A DNA stretch of 64,000 bases from a virus (lineage: Duplodnaviria; Caudoviricetes): positions 224,001 to 288,000 of IMG/VR virus record IMGVR_UViG_3300027804_000001; one strand, given 5' to 3'. How positions within the stretch are numbered: the stretch's first letter is position 1; every line of letters starts with the position of its first letter. Both the position numbers and the translations under genes were made by a program. The notes under the pieces are model-generated. The model was not told the origin of the DNA. It was given only the letters and a program-made list of their open reading frames with translations, and ran no database searches. Shown here in pieces: positions 1-8,081 of this stretch.

Positions 1-148
1 TCCACTCATCTTTGTCGATTTCTTCGAACCAAACAGTTAATGCATCTAAAGAATTTGCAATTTTTTCTAATGCCTTTGTTTTTCTTTGTTCAAGAATCAG
101 TAATTCTTCTTCAAATTGTTTGTTTGGTTTTTTTGTTGAGTCTGTCAT
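1..148 (-). CDS. hypothetical protein, truncated by left window edge
   Basis: Manual translation MTDSTKKPNKQFEEELLILEQRKTKALEKIANSLDALTVWFEEIDKDEW is open to base 1; ATG overlaps the upstream TGA (ATGA). Confidence 0.75.
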   Translation of the reverse strand, partial: MTDSTKKPNKQFEEELLILEQRKTKALEKIANSLDALTVWFEEIDKDEW

Positions 149-996
149 ATTGATTTTATTTTATTTATTAATTTATTCCAGTTAGAATACTCTTTATAAT
201 CACCTAATATACAATTTTTTTCGAACATAAACAAGAAATTATCGAGATTAATTTTGAATCTACTTTTTCTTAATGAATTGTACATTATTCTATACTCATC
301 AGAGAACGAATAATCTTGATTATTATCTGCAACGGACTTAATTCTTTCTATGGAAGTTGAATCCCACTTAAAATGATGTACTTGAACCTGAAAATTTGGG
401 TTTATGAGTGGGTGTGACCATCCTTGCCATCTCCATGTTGTTTGTCCTTCTATTTTGGCATAGTGTTGTCCGGAAGTAATTTCAATATACCCCTTTACAA
501 TACATATTTTATTAGGATTTGCTTGACTTAACGGGTATCTGAAAAACCCCGCGTTTGGATATTGTTCAAAAATTAATTGATTTTCTTTTAACTCCACAAA
601 TTCACCATCAGGTCCTATTCTATCAATAAAACCACCCCTAACAATTTCATATCCTTTATCATTACAGTCGTCTATGATACCAATTAAGTCATTATTAGGG
701 TATAAATGGAATTCGTCGATATCGGCAATTACCCACCAATCGTTTGGATGTTTTGATTTTATAAAATTATATAGTTGTGTTACTTTCTCCCAATCAAAAA
801 TCCTGTCTTTTATTGTTCTAACAATAGAAACATTATCGTAATCTTTAATTTGTTCCTCAACTTTTGATTTTAAATCTGGTGAGATTTGAGATTCATAAAC
901 AATTATGTTAATCTCATCAACATATTGTTTATAATGTTGTACGAAATGAGGAATTAAGTTGTGTCCGTGACCTATAACAGTTACTAATCTAATCAT
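145..996 (-). CDS. glycosyltransferase, GT-A fold (GT2-like)
   Basis: 283 aa; HFVQHY near the N-terminus and WWVIADIDEF DxD motif; coupled to neighbours. Confidence 0.75.
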   Translation of the reverse strand: MIRLVTVIGHGHNLIPHFVQHYKQYVDEINIIVYESQISPDLKSKVEEQIKDYDNVSIVRTIKDRIFDWEKVTQLYNFIKSKHPNDWWVIADIDEFHLYPNNDLIGIIDDCNDKGYEIVRGGFIDRIGPDGEFVELKENQLIFEQYPNAGFFRYPLSQANPNKICIVKGYIEITSGQHYAKIEGQTTWRWQGWSHPLINPNFQVQVHHFKWDSTSIERIKSVADNNQDYSFSDEYRIMYNSLRKSRFKINLDNFLFMFEKNCILGDYKEYSNWNKLINKIKSI

Positions 997-1733
997 TTTC
1001 TTCTATTAACCACCGTAATACCGCTTGATGACGGCTTTGTGTTTAATATACGAAAATTAAATAAATTAATCAAATTCCACTCAGTATTTTCTTGTAATTC
1101 TTTGATGAATTTTGATGGTCCGTCAAATCTATCGTGAGTTTCTTTTGTATCTTCCGAAATAATAAATGTCTCCTCATAATCATCATCTGTATCGTGTATA
1201 ATGATTATACCATTATCAGATAATAATTTGGAATATAATTCAAAATCTTTTTTAACTCCTTCATATGAATGGTCACCATCAATAAAAAGAACATCTATTT
1301 TAATATTTTGTCTAACAAAGAAATTATAATATGCTTCTTCGGATGTAGATTTAATAAATCGTGGATGGAAATGTTTTCTAAAAAAAGATTTTTTATCATC
1401 TAAATCATTTGGACCTCCAACACCATTACATGCATCAACCAAATATGTTGCACCTATCTCACCCCAATTTAAATCGGGGTTTCCTTCAAATATACTTTGA
1501 GTATGTAAATCCATTCTCGCTTGTGACATTATTCTTGGAATATAACCACCACCCGATCCAATACATACACAAACTTTTGCTCTCATATGTTGAATGATTG
1601 AGTAGACTATAAGTCCATCTCCCATATGTTCTTTAGTTGCTCCGTGTGTCCACAAATAAGGAACCAATACACCATCATTTGATGTTATGTTATTTTCAAT
1701 GTAATCCTGATTTAATAAGTTTTTATTATTCAT
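993..1733 (-). CDS. class I SAM-dependent methyltransferase (Methyltransf_24-like)
   Basis: CIGSGGG motif I and IDVLFIDGDHSYEGVKKDF...GIIIIHDT; start trimmed to ATG at 1733. Confidence 0.85.
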   Translation of the reverse strand: MNNKNLLNQDYIENNITSNDGVLVPYLWTHGATKEHMGDGLIVYSIIQHMRAKVCVCIGSGGGYIPRIMSQARMDLHTQSIFEGNPDLNWGEIGATYLVDACNGVGGPNDLDDKKSFFRKHFHPRFIKSTSEEAYYNFFVRQNIKIDVLFIDGDHSYEGVKKDFELYSKLLSDNGIIIIHDTDDDYEETFIISEDTKETHDRFDGPSKFIKELQENTEWNLINLFNFRILNTKPSSSGITVVNRRK

Positions 1734-2436
1734 AAACAATTAAGTCTTTTATTATTTCGTAAAGTTCTTCATCTTTTTGTAACGGTGTATTTGAAAAAAT
1801 CGAACTCATAGTCATTGTTATTCCTTCACCTGCACCAACTATATCTTTATTTTCTAAAACATCACAGTATTCTTTTATTATCTGTAATTTTTCATAATGT
1901 TTATAGAATTCTTTATAATCATGTTTTTTAAAAACTAAAAAATGTTCCCATATTGTTTCTTTATCCATAAAATCACTGATTTTAGAATTAACATATGCAA
2001 AATACATTTTCCAATCATTTTTAAAAATCAAGTTCATTTCACTTATAGTAAATTTATTAATTCTATGTTTGGATAAATTTTCGATATATGTTATACCATC
2101 TTTAAAATTATAGTTCTTTAGTTTTTTTAAAACTTTAAAGTCGGCATCATATTTCATATCCGCATCTATCACTATTGCAATATCCATATCCAATAATATT
2201 TCTTTTACTAAAAGTATTTTGTCATGATATGATTTTATTTCTTTTTTATAATCAATTACATTAAGTAGAAATGGTGAATATTTTGGATAAAAAAATTCAG
2301 GGTTATCAGTCAAGACATAACACTTATATCCCAACTCCATCAAATTATTTAATTTTCTAACTGTTCCTTTGAAATATTTTTCATCCCCAAAACAAAGAAT
2401 ACCAAATCCTATTTTATTTGTTTGTTCCATAAGCAT
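1726..2436 (-). CDS. putative nucleotide-sugar transferase-like protein
   Basis: 236 aa; YVLTDNP strand and IAIVIDADM DxD motif; lies inside the GT cluster. Confidence 0.5.
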   Translation of the reverse strand: MLMEQTNKIGFGILCFGDEKYFKGTVRKLNNLMELGYKCYVLTDNPEFFYPKYSPFLLNVIDYKKEIKSYHDKILLVKEILLDMDIAIVIDADMKYDADFKVLKKLKNYNFKDGITYIENLSKHRINKFTISEMNLIFKNDWKMYFAYVNSKISDFMDKETIWEHFLVFKKHDYKEFYKHYEKLQIIKEYCDVLENKDIVGAGEGITMTMSSIFSNTPLQKDEELYEIIKDLIVYE

Positions 2437-3058
2437 ATAGACCTAAATGTTTTATTTCCACACTTAATAGTGTATCTATATATACCTTGTGTCCTACATC
2501 TCTTAATTTTTTTAAAACATTAAAATCCTCACCTAACCAATCATTTGATTGTTCATTATATATAAACTCAAAATATGGTTTTTGTACTTGATTAAAAATT
2601 TCCGTTTTCATTAATAAACAACCCATCCCAACACCTTCAACTTCTATTAATTCCTCTTCGACTTTTAATGATAGAAAACTGTCCCAATCGCCCACATTCT
2701 TATATGCTACAGGTTTAATAGGATTGGTTCTTTTTAAGTAATTACATCCCACAATATCTTTATTGTGTTCTAAAAGTCTTAAAGCTGTTGTGGATGGAAA
2801 AACCATATCACTATCCAACCATAAAACATAATCTGAATTTATATTTTTTGCCTCCTCTATTAACTTTTCTCTCTGATTTAATAAAATAGTACTCGAGTCA
2901 AAAAATAAATAAGTATCAATTACCTCACTGGTTGTTTTATATAATTGAGTTAAACTATATGCAAAATGTGTATGAACGGATTCTCTTGTTGGAACTAAAA
3001 TTGATAGTTTTTTATTGTTTCCACTCCACAATGACCCGTTATATAAATTCTTTCTCAT
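2414..3058 (-). CDS. glycosyltransferase family 2-like protein
   Basis: ILVPTR start strand, YVLWLDSDMVFP DxD, VGMGCLLMK and GEDF motifs. Confidence 0.75.
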   Translation of the reverse strand: MRKNLYNGSLWSGNNKKLSILVPTRESVHTHFAYSLTQLYKTTSEVIDTYLFFDSSTILLNQREKLIEEAKNINSDYVLWLDSDMVFPSTTALRLLEHNKDIVGCNYLKRTNPIKPVAYKNVGDWDSFLSLKVEEELIEVEGVGMGCLLMKTEIFNQVQKPYFEFIYNEQSNDWLGEDFNVLKKLRDVGHKVYIDTLLSVEIKHLGLYAYGTNK

Positions 3059-3501
3059 AATCCTGGTGTGTTATTTGAAAAACTATCTTCTTGGTTTGAC
3101 ATGTTTTTAGCCAATTTGATTAATTCTTGAATTCTTTTTGAAAATAGTTGGTAGTCTTTTATTGGTAATTGACTTATTAATGAATAAGTTTCTTTAGTAA
3201 ATGTATTTGTGGTTACAATTTCAATCGCACCGATTCTTGCCCATTTCTCAATTAAAGAAATTCTTGAAATATTTTCATTGTTCTCTAAAATACCTCGTAA
3301 CCTTTCTTGATTTAGATTATTTAAAATCTCAACCAAAATTTCTCTTTCTTCTCTTGCATTTTTGGAAAAAAACGAAAGAAATTTAAGTCTTTTGATTCTT
3401 TTAATTAATCTGATTAGTTTTTCCCTATCATGATCAACTCCTGACCATATTATATAGGTTAATTCGTATTTAGATGGAAATGATTTATAACTCAAATTCA
3501 T
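3055..3501 (-). CDS. hypothetical protein
   Basis: 148 aa ORF with ATG start and 4-nt overlap with the downstream gene. Confidence 0.7.
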   Translation of the reverse strand: MNLSYKSFPSKYELTYIIWSGVDHDREKLIRLIKRIKRLKFLSFFSKNAREEREILVEILNNLNQERLRGILENNENISRISLIEKWARIGAIEIVTTNTFTKETYSLISQLPIKDYQLFSKRIQELIKLAKNMSNQEDSFSNNTPGL

Positions 3502-3540
3502 TGAGTTAATATACGAAAAAAAATTGAATTTGTGAATAAA

Positions 3541-3771
3541 TTAGATATAATCGTTAGGTGTGGTCAATCCTCCGAAATCTGATGATTCTATTGTTTGAGA
3601 TCCTGATGCAATACTAGCGATTACGGTAGTGGCCCTATTACGACCCACCCCTAAACTTGAATTTAATCCAAGATTTGTATTTGCGGCGTTTCCTGATCCC
3701 GTAATCAGTCCTAATGCTGCCGCGACTTTTCCAATACTTATTTCCGAACCGGTTGCTGGTACTAAACCCAT
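3541..3771 (-). CDS. small Gly/Ser/Ala-rich putative virion protein
   Basis: 76 aa; N-terminus P-x-x-G-x-x-IS resembles small phage fibre accessory proteins; TATTTATA motif upstream. Confidence 0.6.
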   Translation of the reverse strand: MGLVPATGSEISIGKVAAALGLITGSGNAANTNLGLNSSLGVGRNRATTVIASIASGSQTIESSDFGGLTTPNDYI

Positions 3772-3790
3772 TATCTAAAACTAGTTTTTA

Positions 3791-3798
3791 TATAAATA
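3791..3798 (-). promoter_or_regulatory. putative late promoter TATTTATA
   Basis: 19 nt upstream of ATG 3771. Confidence 0.55.
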
Positions 3799-3850
3799 CT
3801 TATAATTTTGATTTATTCTTATGTTATTAATATATGTTTTTTATTTAACA

Positions 3851-4609
3851 CTATAAACCAAATCTTTTTTTTGTGTTATTATAATTTTGTAAAACTTGAG
3901 TTGAGGTTAAAGCTGTGGAATGTACCATAAGTTGAGCCAATGTACCGTTAAAAACCGAACCATAACTATCCGTACCCACCCCATAACTATCAGAATTACA
4001 CGGTCCCCACATTGTACATATAGCACAAACGGGTCCAGTTGTGTTTGTTATTGTTTTAGTTGCATCAAGTGAACCATTTATATACATTTTCATTGAGGTG
4101 GTTGATTCTTTAACCCACACTAAATTTTTCCAACCTCCTGTATTCACCAATGTTGTTCCTAAATATGTTTGCCACGCACCGTCATAATTCCAATATTCCA
4201 TATATCCATTAACAAGTGTATATGCAATGTTTACCGGACCACCACTACAGTGAGATAAGATACCAACCCTTCCTGTAGTGGTAAATTTACACCATATAGA
4301 TACAGTACAAGTATTTCCCAAATTAAAAGAAGAAAATTTACCCCAGTCATTAGTACCATCGAATACAAATTCGTTATTTTTTCGATTTTTATTATGTGTT
4401 GGGGGGCCGGAAGTAGTTGTAGAATATGTACCACCACCAGAATTATATAAGGTTACGTCTCTTCCGTTTCCACTTAAATCTTTCCATGTTGACCCCGACC
4501 CTGAATATGAGAAACCTCTATCGGAGTCTAAAAATAATTCAATATTTGTTAATACTAAATTATTTAAGTTTTTAATTGAATCAGATTTATTATATGGTCC
4601 TACGTACAT
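3851..4609 (-). CDS. LamG/concanavalin A-like lectin domain virion protein
   Basis: LFLD...SYSGSGSTWKDLSGNG, FVFDGTNDW, MYING, ALTSTQVLQNYN. Confidence 0.8.
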   Translation of the reverse strand: MYVGPYNKSDSIKNLNNLVLTNIELFLDSDRGFSYSGSGSTWKDLSGNGRDVTLYNSGGGTYSTTTSGPPTHNKNRKNNEFVFDGTNDWGKFSSFNLGNTCTVSIWCKFTTTGRVGILSHCSGGPVNIAYTLVNGYMEYWNYDGAWQTYLGTTLVNTGGWKNLVWVKESTTSMKMYINGSLDATKTITNTTGPVCAICTMWGPCNSDSYGVGTDSYGSVFNGTLAQLMVHSTALTSTQVLQNYNNTKKRFGL

Positions 4610-4611
4610 GT

Positions 4612-4643
4612 TTTATAAATTAAATCTTTTTTTTGTTGCATTA
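4612..4643. repeat. 32-bp exact direct repeat, copy 1
   Basis: TTTATAAATTAAATCTTTTTTTTGTTGCATTA; identical copy at 5307-5338. Confidence 0.9.
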
Positions 4644-5305
4644 TAATTATTCAAAATTTCGGCGTCTGTCAATGACCTATTATACACTCTAAAAACATAT
4701 AATTTTCCCGACCAACCACTGGCAATTGTTGCTGCGGTTGTTAAATTCCATGTTGATGTTGCAGTTGAGTTTGCACCTGAGCTGACCTGTTCCACCGTAT
4801 TTTTAAACATTTGTCTATATGGTGTGGTATTTGTCCTTACCCTATAAGAAAAATGTCTAATCCCCGCAGTTAAATCAGAATCATTTGCATATTGTATTCT
4901 TTGGGTTACGTTACAACAACCATTAACGTCAAAATAAGTGTTACCATTACTATAGTATAAATGACTAAAAATTGCTCTTGTATCTGAACCAAGACTTGAG
5001 GTTGCTCTCCAATCAAAAAATGTATTCGTTGTTGCAGACGTTGTTTGAACATATGCTTCAATATAACATTCACTTGTAGATGAAAAACCGAACGTGTTAG
5101 AGGCGGGTCCTGTAAAAACACCACCACTACAATCAAAATAACCCGCAGAGTTCCAAGAAATATTTGCACCAAAACTGTAATTCCTATTACCAGTACTTAA
5201 ATCATACCATGTACTCCCTGAACCTGGATATGATCTATTTACACCCGCATCTAAATGTAAAACTAAACCATTTGTTACTATATTAGGTCCACCGTATGCT
5301 CCCAT
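4613..5305 (-). CDS. LamG-like lectin domain virion protein (paralog 2)
   Basis: NGLVLHLDAG...SYPGSGSTWYDLS and VYNRSLTDAEILNNYN termini shared with neighbours. Confidence 0.8.
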   Translation of the reverse strand: MGAYGGPNIVTNGLVLHLDAGVNRSYPGSGSTWYDLSTGNRNYSFGANISWNSAGYFDCSGGVFTGPASNTFGFSSTSECYIEAYVQTTSATTNTFFDWRATSSLGSDTRAIFSHLYYSNGNTYFDVNGCCNVTQRIQYANDSDLTAGIRHFSYRVRTNTTPYRQMFKNTVEQVSSGANSTATSTWNLTTAATIASGWSGKLYVFRVYNRSLTDAEILNNYNATKKRFNL

Positions 5306-5306
5306 G

Positions 5307-5338
5307 TTTATAAATTAAATCTTTTTTTTGTTGCATTA
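5307..5338. repeat. 32-bp exact direct repeat, copy 2
   Basis: Identical to 4612-4643; encodes the last codons of a LamG gene. Confidence 0.9.
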
Positions 5339-6009
5339 AAAATTTCACCTACTTGTGTTGATGTTAATGCTCTGTTATACATTAAAACTTTCCCAACTTT
5401 ACCATTTACATAGTACGCATTGATTCCAATATCACCACCGATAGACAAAGCACCTGTGTTATAATAATTTCCACCAGATGGTGTTGTGGTTGCAGTCTCA
5501 TCATAATTGTTTCTTATAATTGTTTGTGTATTATCCGTTCTATTTAAAATTGCAGTAAACATTGCCCACGTATTAAAAGTGTAACCGATAAAACCTGTAT
5601 CTGTTCTACTACTTGCATCGTTACCTATCATAAATCTAACACCACTTGGATTGTTAGCACCAATATAATAACCATTAGAACCACCCGACCTTTTTGCAAT
5701 CCATAAATCCCAACCATCTCCAGCAATTGAAGGGTCTGAATTTACCCAACATATTATTGTAAACGACCCACTATTTGGATTTATAGTTGAACTATTTGTA
5801 ATTGAAATATAATCATCTACACCATCAAATGAAAAAACACCACCATTAGAATTATTAAAGGTTGCACCGTTTGTTAATGTCCCGTTATTACCATTTTTAG
5901 ATATATCATAAACATTATTTCCACTACCGATATAGGATCTATATGACCCAGCATCAATAGATAATACTAATCCGTTTCTTGTAAAATTAGGCCCTCTAAA
6001 AATTCCCAT
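5308..6009 (-). CDS. LamG-like lectin domain virion protein (paralog 3)
   Basis: NGLVLSIDAG, FSFDGVDDYI, MYNRALTSTQV. Confidence 0.85.
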   Translation of the reverse strand: MGIFRGPNFTRNGLVLSIDAGSYRSYIGSGNNVYDISKNGNNGTLTNGATFNNSNGGVFSFDGVDDYISITNSSTINPNSGSFTIICWVNSDPSIAGDGWDLWIAKRSGGSNGYYIGANNPSGVRFMIGNDASSRTDTGFIGYTFNTWAMFTAILNRTDNTQTIIRNNYDETATTTPSGGNYYNTGALSIGGDIGINAYYVNGKVGKVLMYNRALTSTQVGEIFNATKKRFNL

Positions 6010-7958
6010 TATTTAATTTTTTGCTCTAACGCCTCGATACGTTTTAATAACTCTTTATTTGTTTCAATTAGTAACGCAACTAATTTTTCATATTTAACAG
6101 CTTTAAATCCATTATTTCTTGTTGTTACAATTTCGGGTAAAACTTTCTCTATTTCTTGAGCAACAACACCAATATCGTGTCCTTCATTTTCATGTATTCC
6201 TTTCATTGGTACCCAATCAAATTCATAACCACTTATTTCGTTTAATTTATCCAATGAACCTTTAATTGGTCTTATATTTGTTTTTAATCTTTCATCAGAA
6301 CCATAATATGCAATTACATCATTTGTGGCTCTTATTAAACCAACAGTTGTTGGTGTTTCGGTTCCAACTCCAAGTGCACCCGAAACATATAGATTTCCGT
6401 CGACATCAACTCTCGCAGATGCGCTTACAGATAAAATTGGTGCACCTGAAATATCACCAACACTAAAAACTGTTCCAAGTAAATCGTCTGTAACCGAAAA
6501 TAATTGACCTTGTGAACCTTGTATATCTACAACAACTGAACCCGATTTATAAATTTCTAATGAACCTGAAATAGACATTACTGTTCCTGTAAATCTTGCA
6601 TTTGATTCAACTGTTACATTTGGTGATGTACTGTTTAATGTTAATAAACCATCATTAAGTGTTCCTGATAATGTTACCGTACCACTACTACCCGATGAAC
6701 CACTACTACCGCTTGAACCCGATGTTCCTGAACTTCCACTACTTCCTGATGTACCACTACTACCAGAACTTCCTGAGGATCCACTTAAACCTGAAGAACC
6801 CGAAGAACCTGATGTTCCACTACTTCCTGATGTACCAGAAGTTCCTGAAGAACCCGATGTACCTGAAGTACCCGAACTACCTGAAGATCCCGAAGAACCT
6901 GAGGTTCCACTAGTTCCTGAAGTACCAGAACTTCCACTAGTTCCACTACTACCACTTGAACCTGAACTACCTGATGATCCACTTGTACCTGAAGTACCCG
7001 AAGAACCATTACTACCACTACTACCACTTGTACCAGAAGAACCTGAGCTTCCTGATGTTCCACTACTTCCACTTGTACCTGAAGTACCACTAGAACCTGA
7101 TGTTCCACTTGTACCATTTATACCTGACGTACCACTTGAACCACTACTACCGTTACTTCCTGATGTTCCACTTGTTCCTGAACTTCCACTAGTACCTGAA
7201 GTACCTCTAGTTCCTGAACTACCAGATGTTCCTGAGGAACCACTTGAACCTGATGTACCGCTAGAACCTGATGTACCAGAACTTCCGCTTGAGCCAGAAG
7301 AACCAGATGTTCCTGAAGAACCTGAAGTACCAGAACTTCCTGATGTTCCGCTGGTACCAGATGAACCATTACTACCACTTGTTCCACTTGTACCAGATGA
7401 ACCATTACTACCACTTGTACCAGATGAACCATTACTACCACTTGTACCAGATGTTCCTGAACTTCCAGAAGAACCTGATGTTCCCGAACTACCACTACTT
7501 CCACTTGTACCTGAAGTACCACTAGTTCCTGAAGTACCTCTAGTTCCTGAACTACCAGATGTTCCTGATGAACCTGAACTACCAGATGTTCCTGATGAAC
7601 CAGAACTTCCTGAAGAACCTGATGTTCCCGATGTTCCACTACTACCACTAGTACCTGAACTTCCAGAAGAACCTGATGTACCACTAGTACCTGAAGTACC
7701 CGATGTCGCAGCCGCAAAAGTGGTACCATTTAACACTAAACTACCAGTAACTCTTAATGAACCTGTGAAATCATGACTATCATCACTTGAATTACCAAAC
7801 TTTGTTGAACCACTGCTAAATGATGCGGTTTGATATATTACCGAAGATGAAATTATGTATTGTTGTGCGACGAGATTACCCTGTATATTTAAATCTCCTG
7901 AGATGTCCGCCGAGCCTGATACAATCAGACCATTTTTGACTTTAAATTCGTTTGCCAT
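6009..7958 (-). CDS. tail fibre with Gly-Ser/Thr-Ser repeat stalk and C-terminal intramolecular chaperone (peptidase S74-like)
   Basis: 649 aa; long GTS/GSS tract; C-terminal SDERLKTNI...GYEFDW...GVVAQE...VKYEKLVALLIE plus coiled coil. Confidence 0.85.
   Translation of the reverse strand: MANEFKVKNGLIVSGSADISGDLNIQGNLVAQQYIISSSVIYQTASFSSGSTKFGNSSDDSHDFTGSLRVTGSLVLNGTTFAAATSGTSGTSGTSGSSGSSGTSGSSGTSGTSGSSGSSGSSGTSGSSGSSGTSGSSGTRGTSGTSGTSGTSGSSGSSGTSGSSGSSGTSGTSGSNGSSGTSGSNGSSGTSGTSGSNGSSGTSGTSGSSGTSGSSGTSGSSGSSGSSGTSGSSGTSGSSGSSGTSGSSGTRGTSGTSGSSGTSGTSGSNGSSGSSGTSGINGTSGTSGSSGTSGTSGSSGTSGSSGSSGTSGSSGSNGSSGTSGTSGSSGSSGSSGSSGTSGSSGTSGTSGTSGSSGSSGSSGTSGTSGSSGTSGTSGSSGTSGSSGSSGLSGSSGSSGSSGTSGSSGSSGTSGSSGSSGSSGSSGTVTLSGTLNDGLLTLNSTSPNVTVESNARFTGTVMSISGSLEIYKSGSVVVDIQGSQGQLFSVTDDLLGTVFSVGDISGAPILSVSASARVDVDGNLYVSGALGVGTETPTTVGLIRATNDVIAYYGSDERLKTNIRPIKGSLDKLNEISGYEFDWVPMKGIHENEGHDIGVVAQEIEKVLPEIVTTRNNGFKAVKYEKLVALLIETNKELLKRIEALEQKIK
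6680..7705 (-). repeat. Gly-X-Y (GTS/GSS) coding repeat, 9-bp degenerate units
   Basis: Roughly 110 consecutive triplets in the 649 aa ORF; boundaries approximate. Confidence 0.9.
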
Positions 7959-8005
7959 TTATTCAAATTAGTTTCATTATCCACTAATGGTGTTTATGTG
8001 TTTAC

Positions 8006-8013
8006 TATAAATA
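8006..8013 (-). promoter_or_regulatory. putative late promoter TATTTATA
   Basis: Between terminator and ATG 7958. Confidence 0.6.
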
Positions 8014-8034
8014 CTAAATCAAAGATTATAAAAT

Positions 8035-8062
8035 AAAAAAGGGGAGAATAAATCTCCCCTTT
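8035..8062 (-). terminator. intrinsic terminator
   Basis: AAAGGGGAGA-TTTAT-TCTCCCCTTT plus T tract, just after the 1694 aa gene. Confidence 0.85.
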
Positions 8063-8081
8063 CATCTAATTTATTTTTATC

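Noticed and set aside
3777-3788. 12-bp palindrome AAAACTAGTTTT after a TATTTATA motif
   Set aside because: Short and AT-rich; a near-identical sequence occurs inside a CDS at about 59307, so chance is likely
3851-6009. Diversity-generating retroelement target/template pair
   Set aside because: The 32-bp repeat is exact with no adenine-specific mismatches, and no reverse transcriptase is in the window
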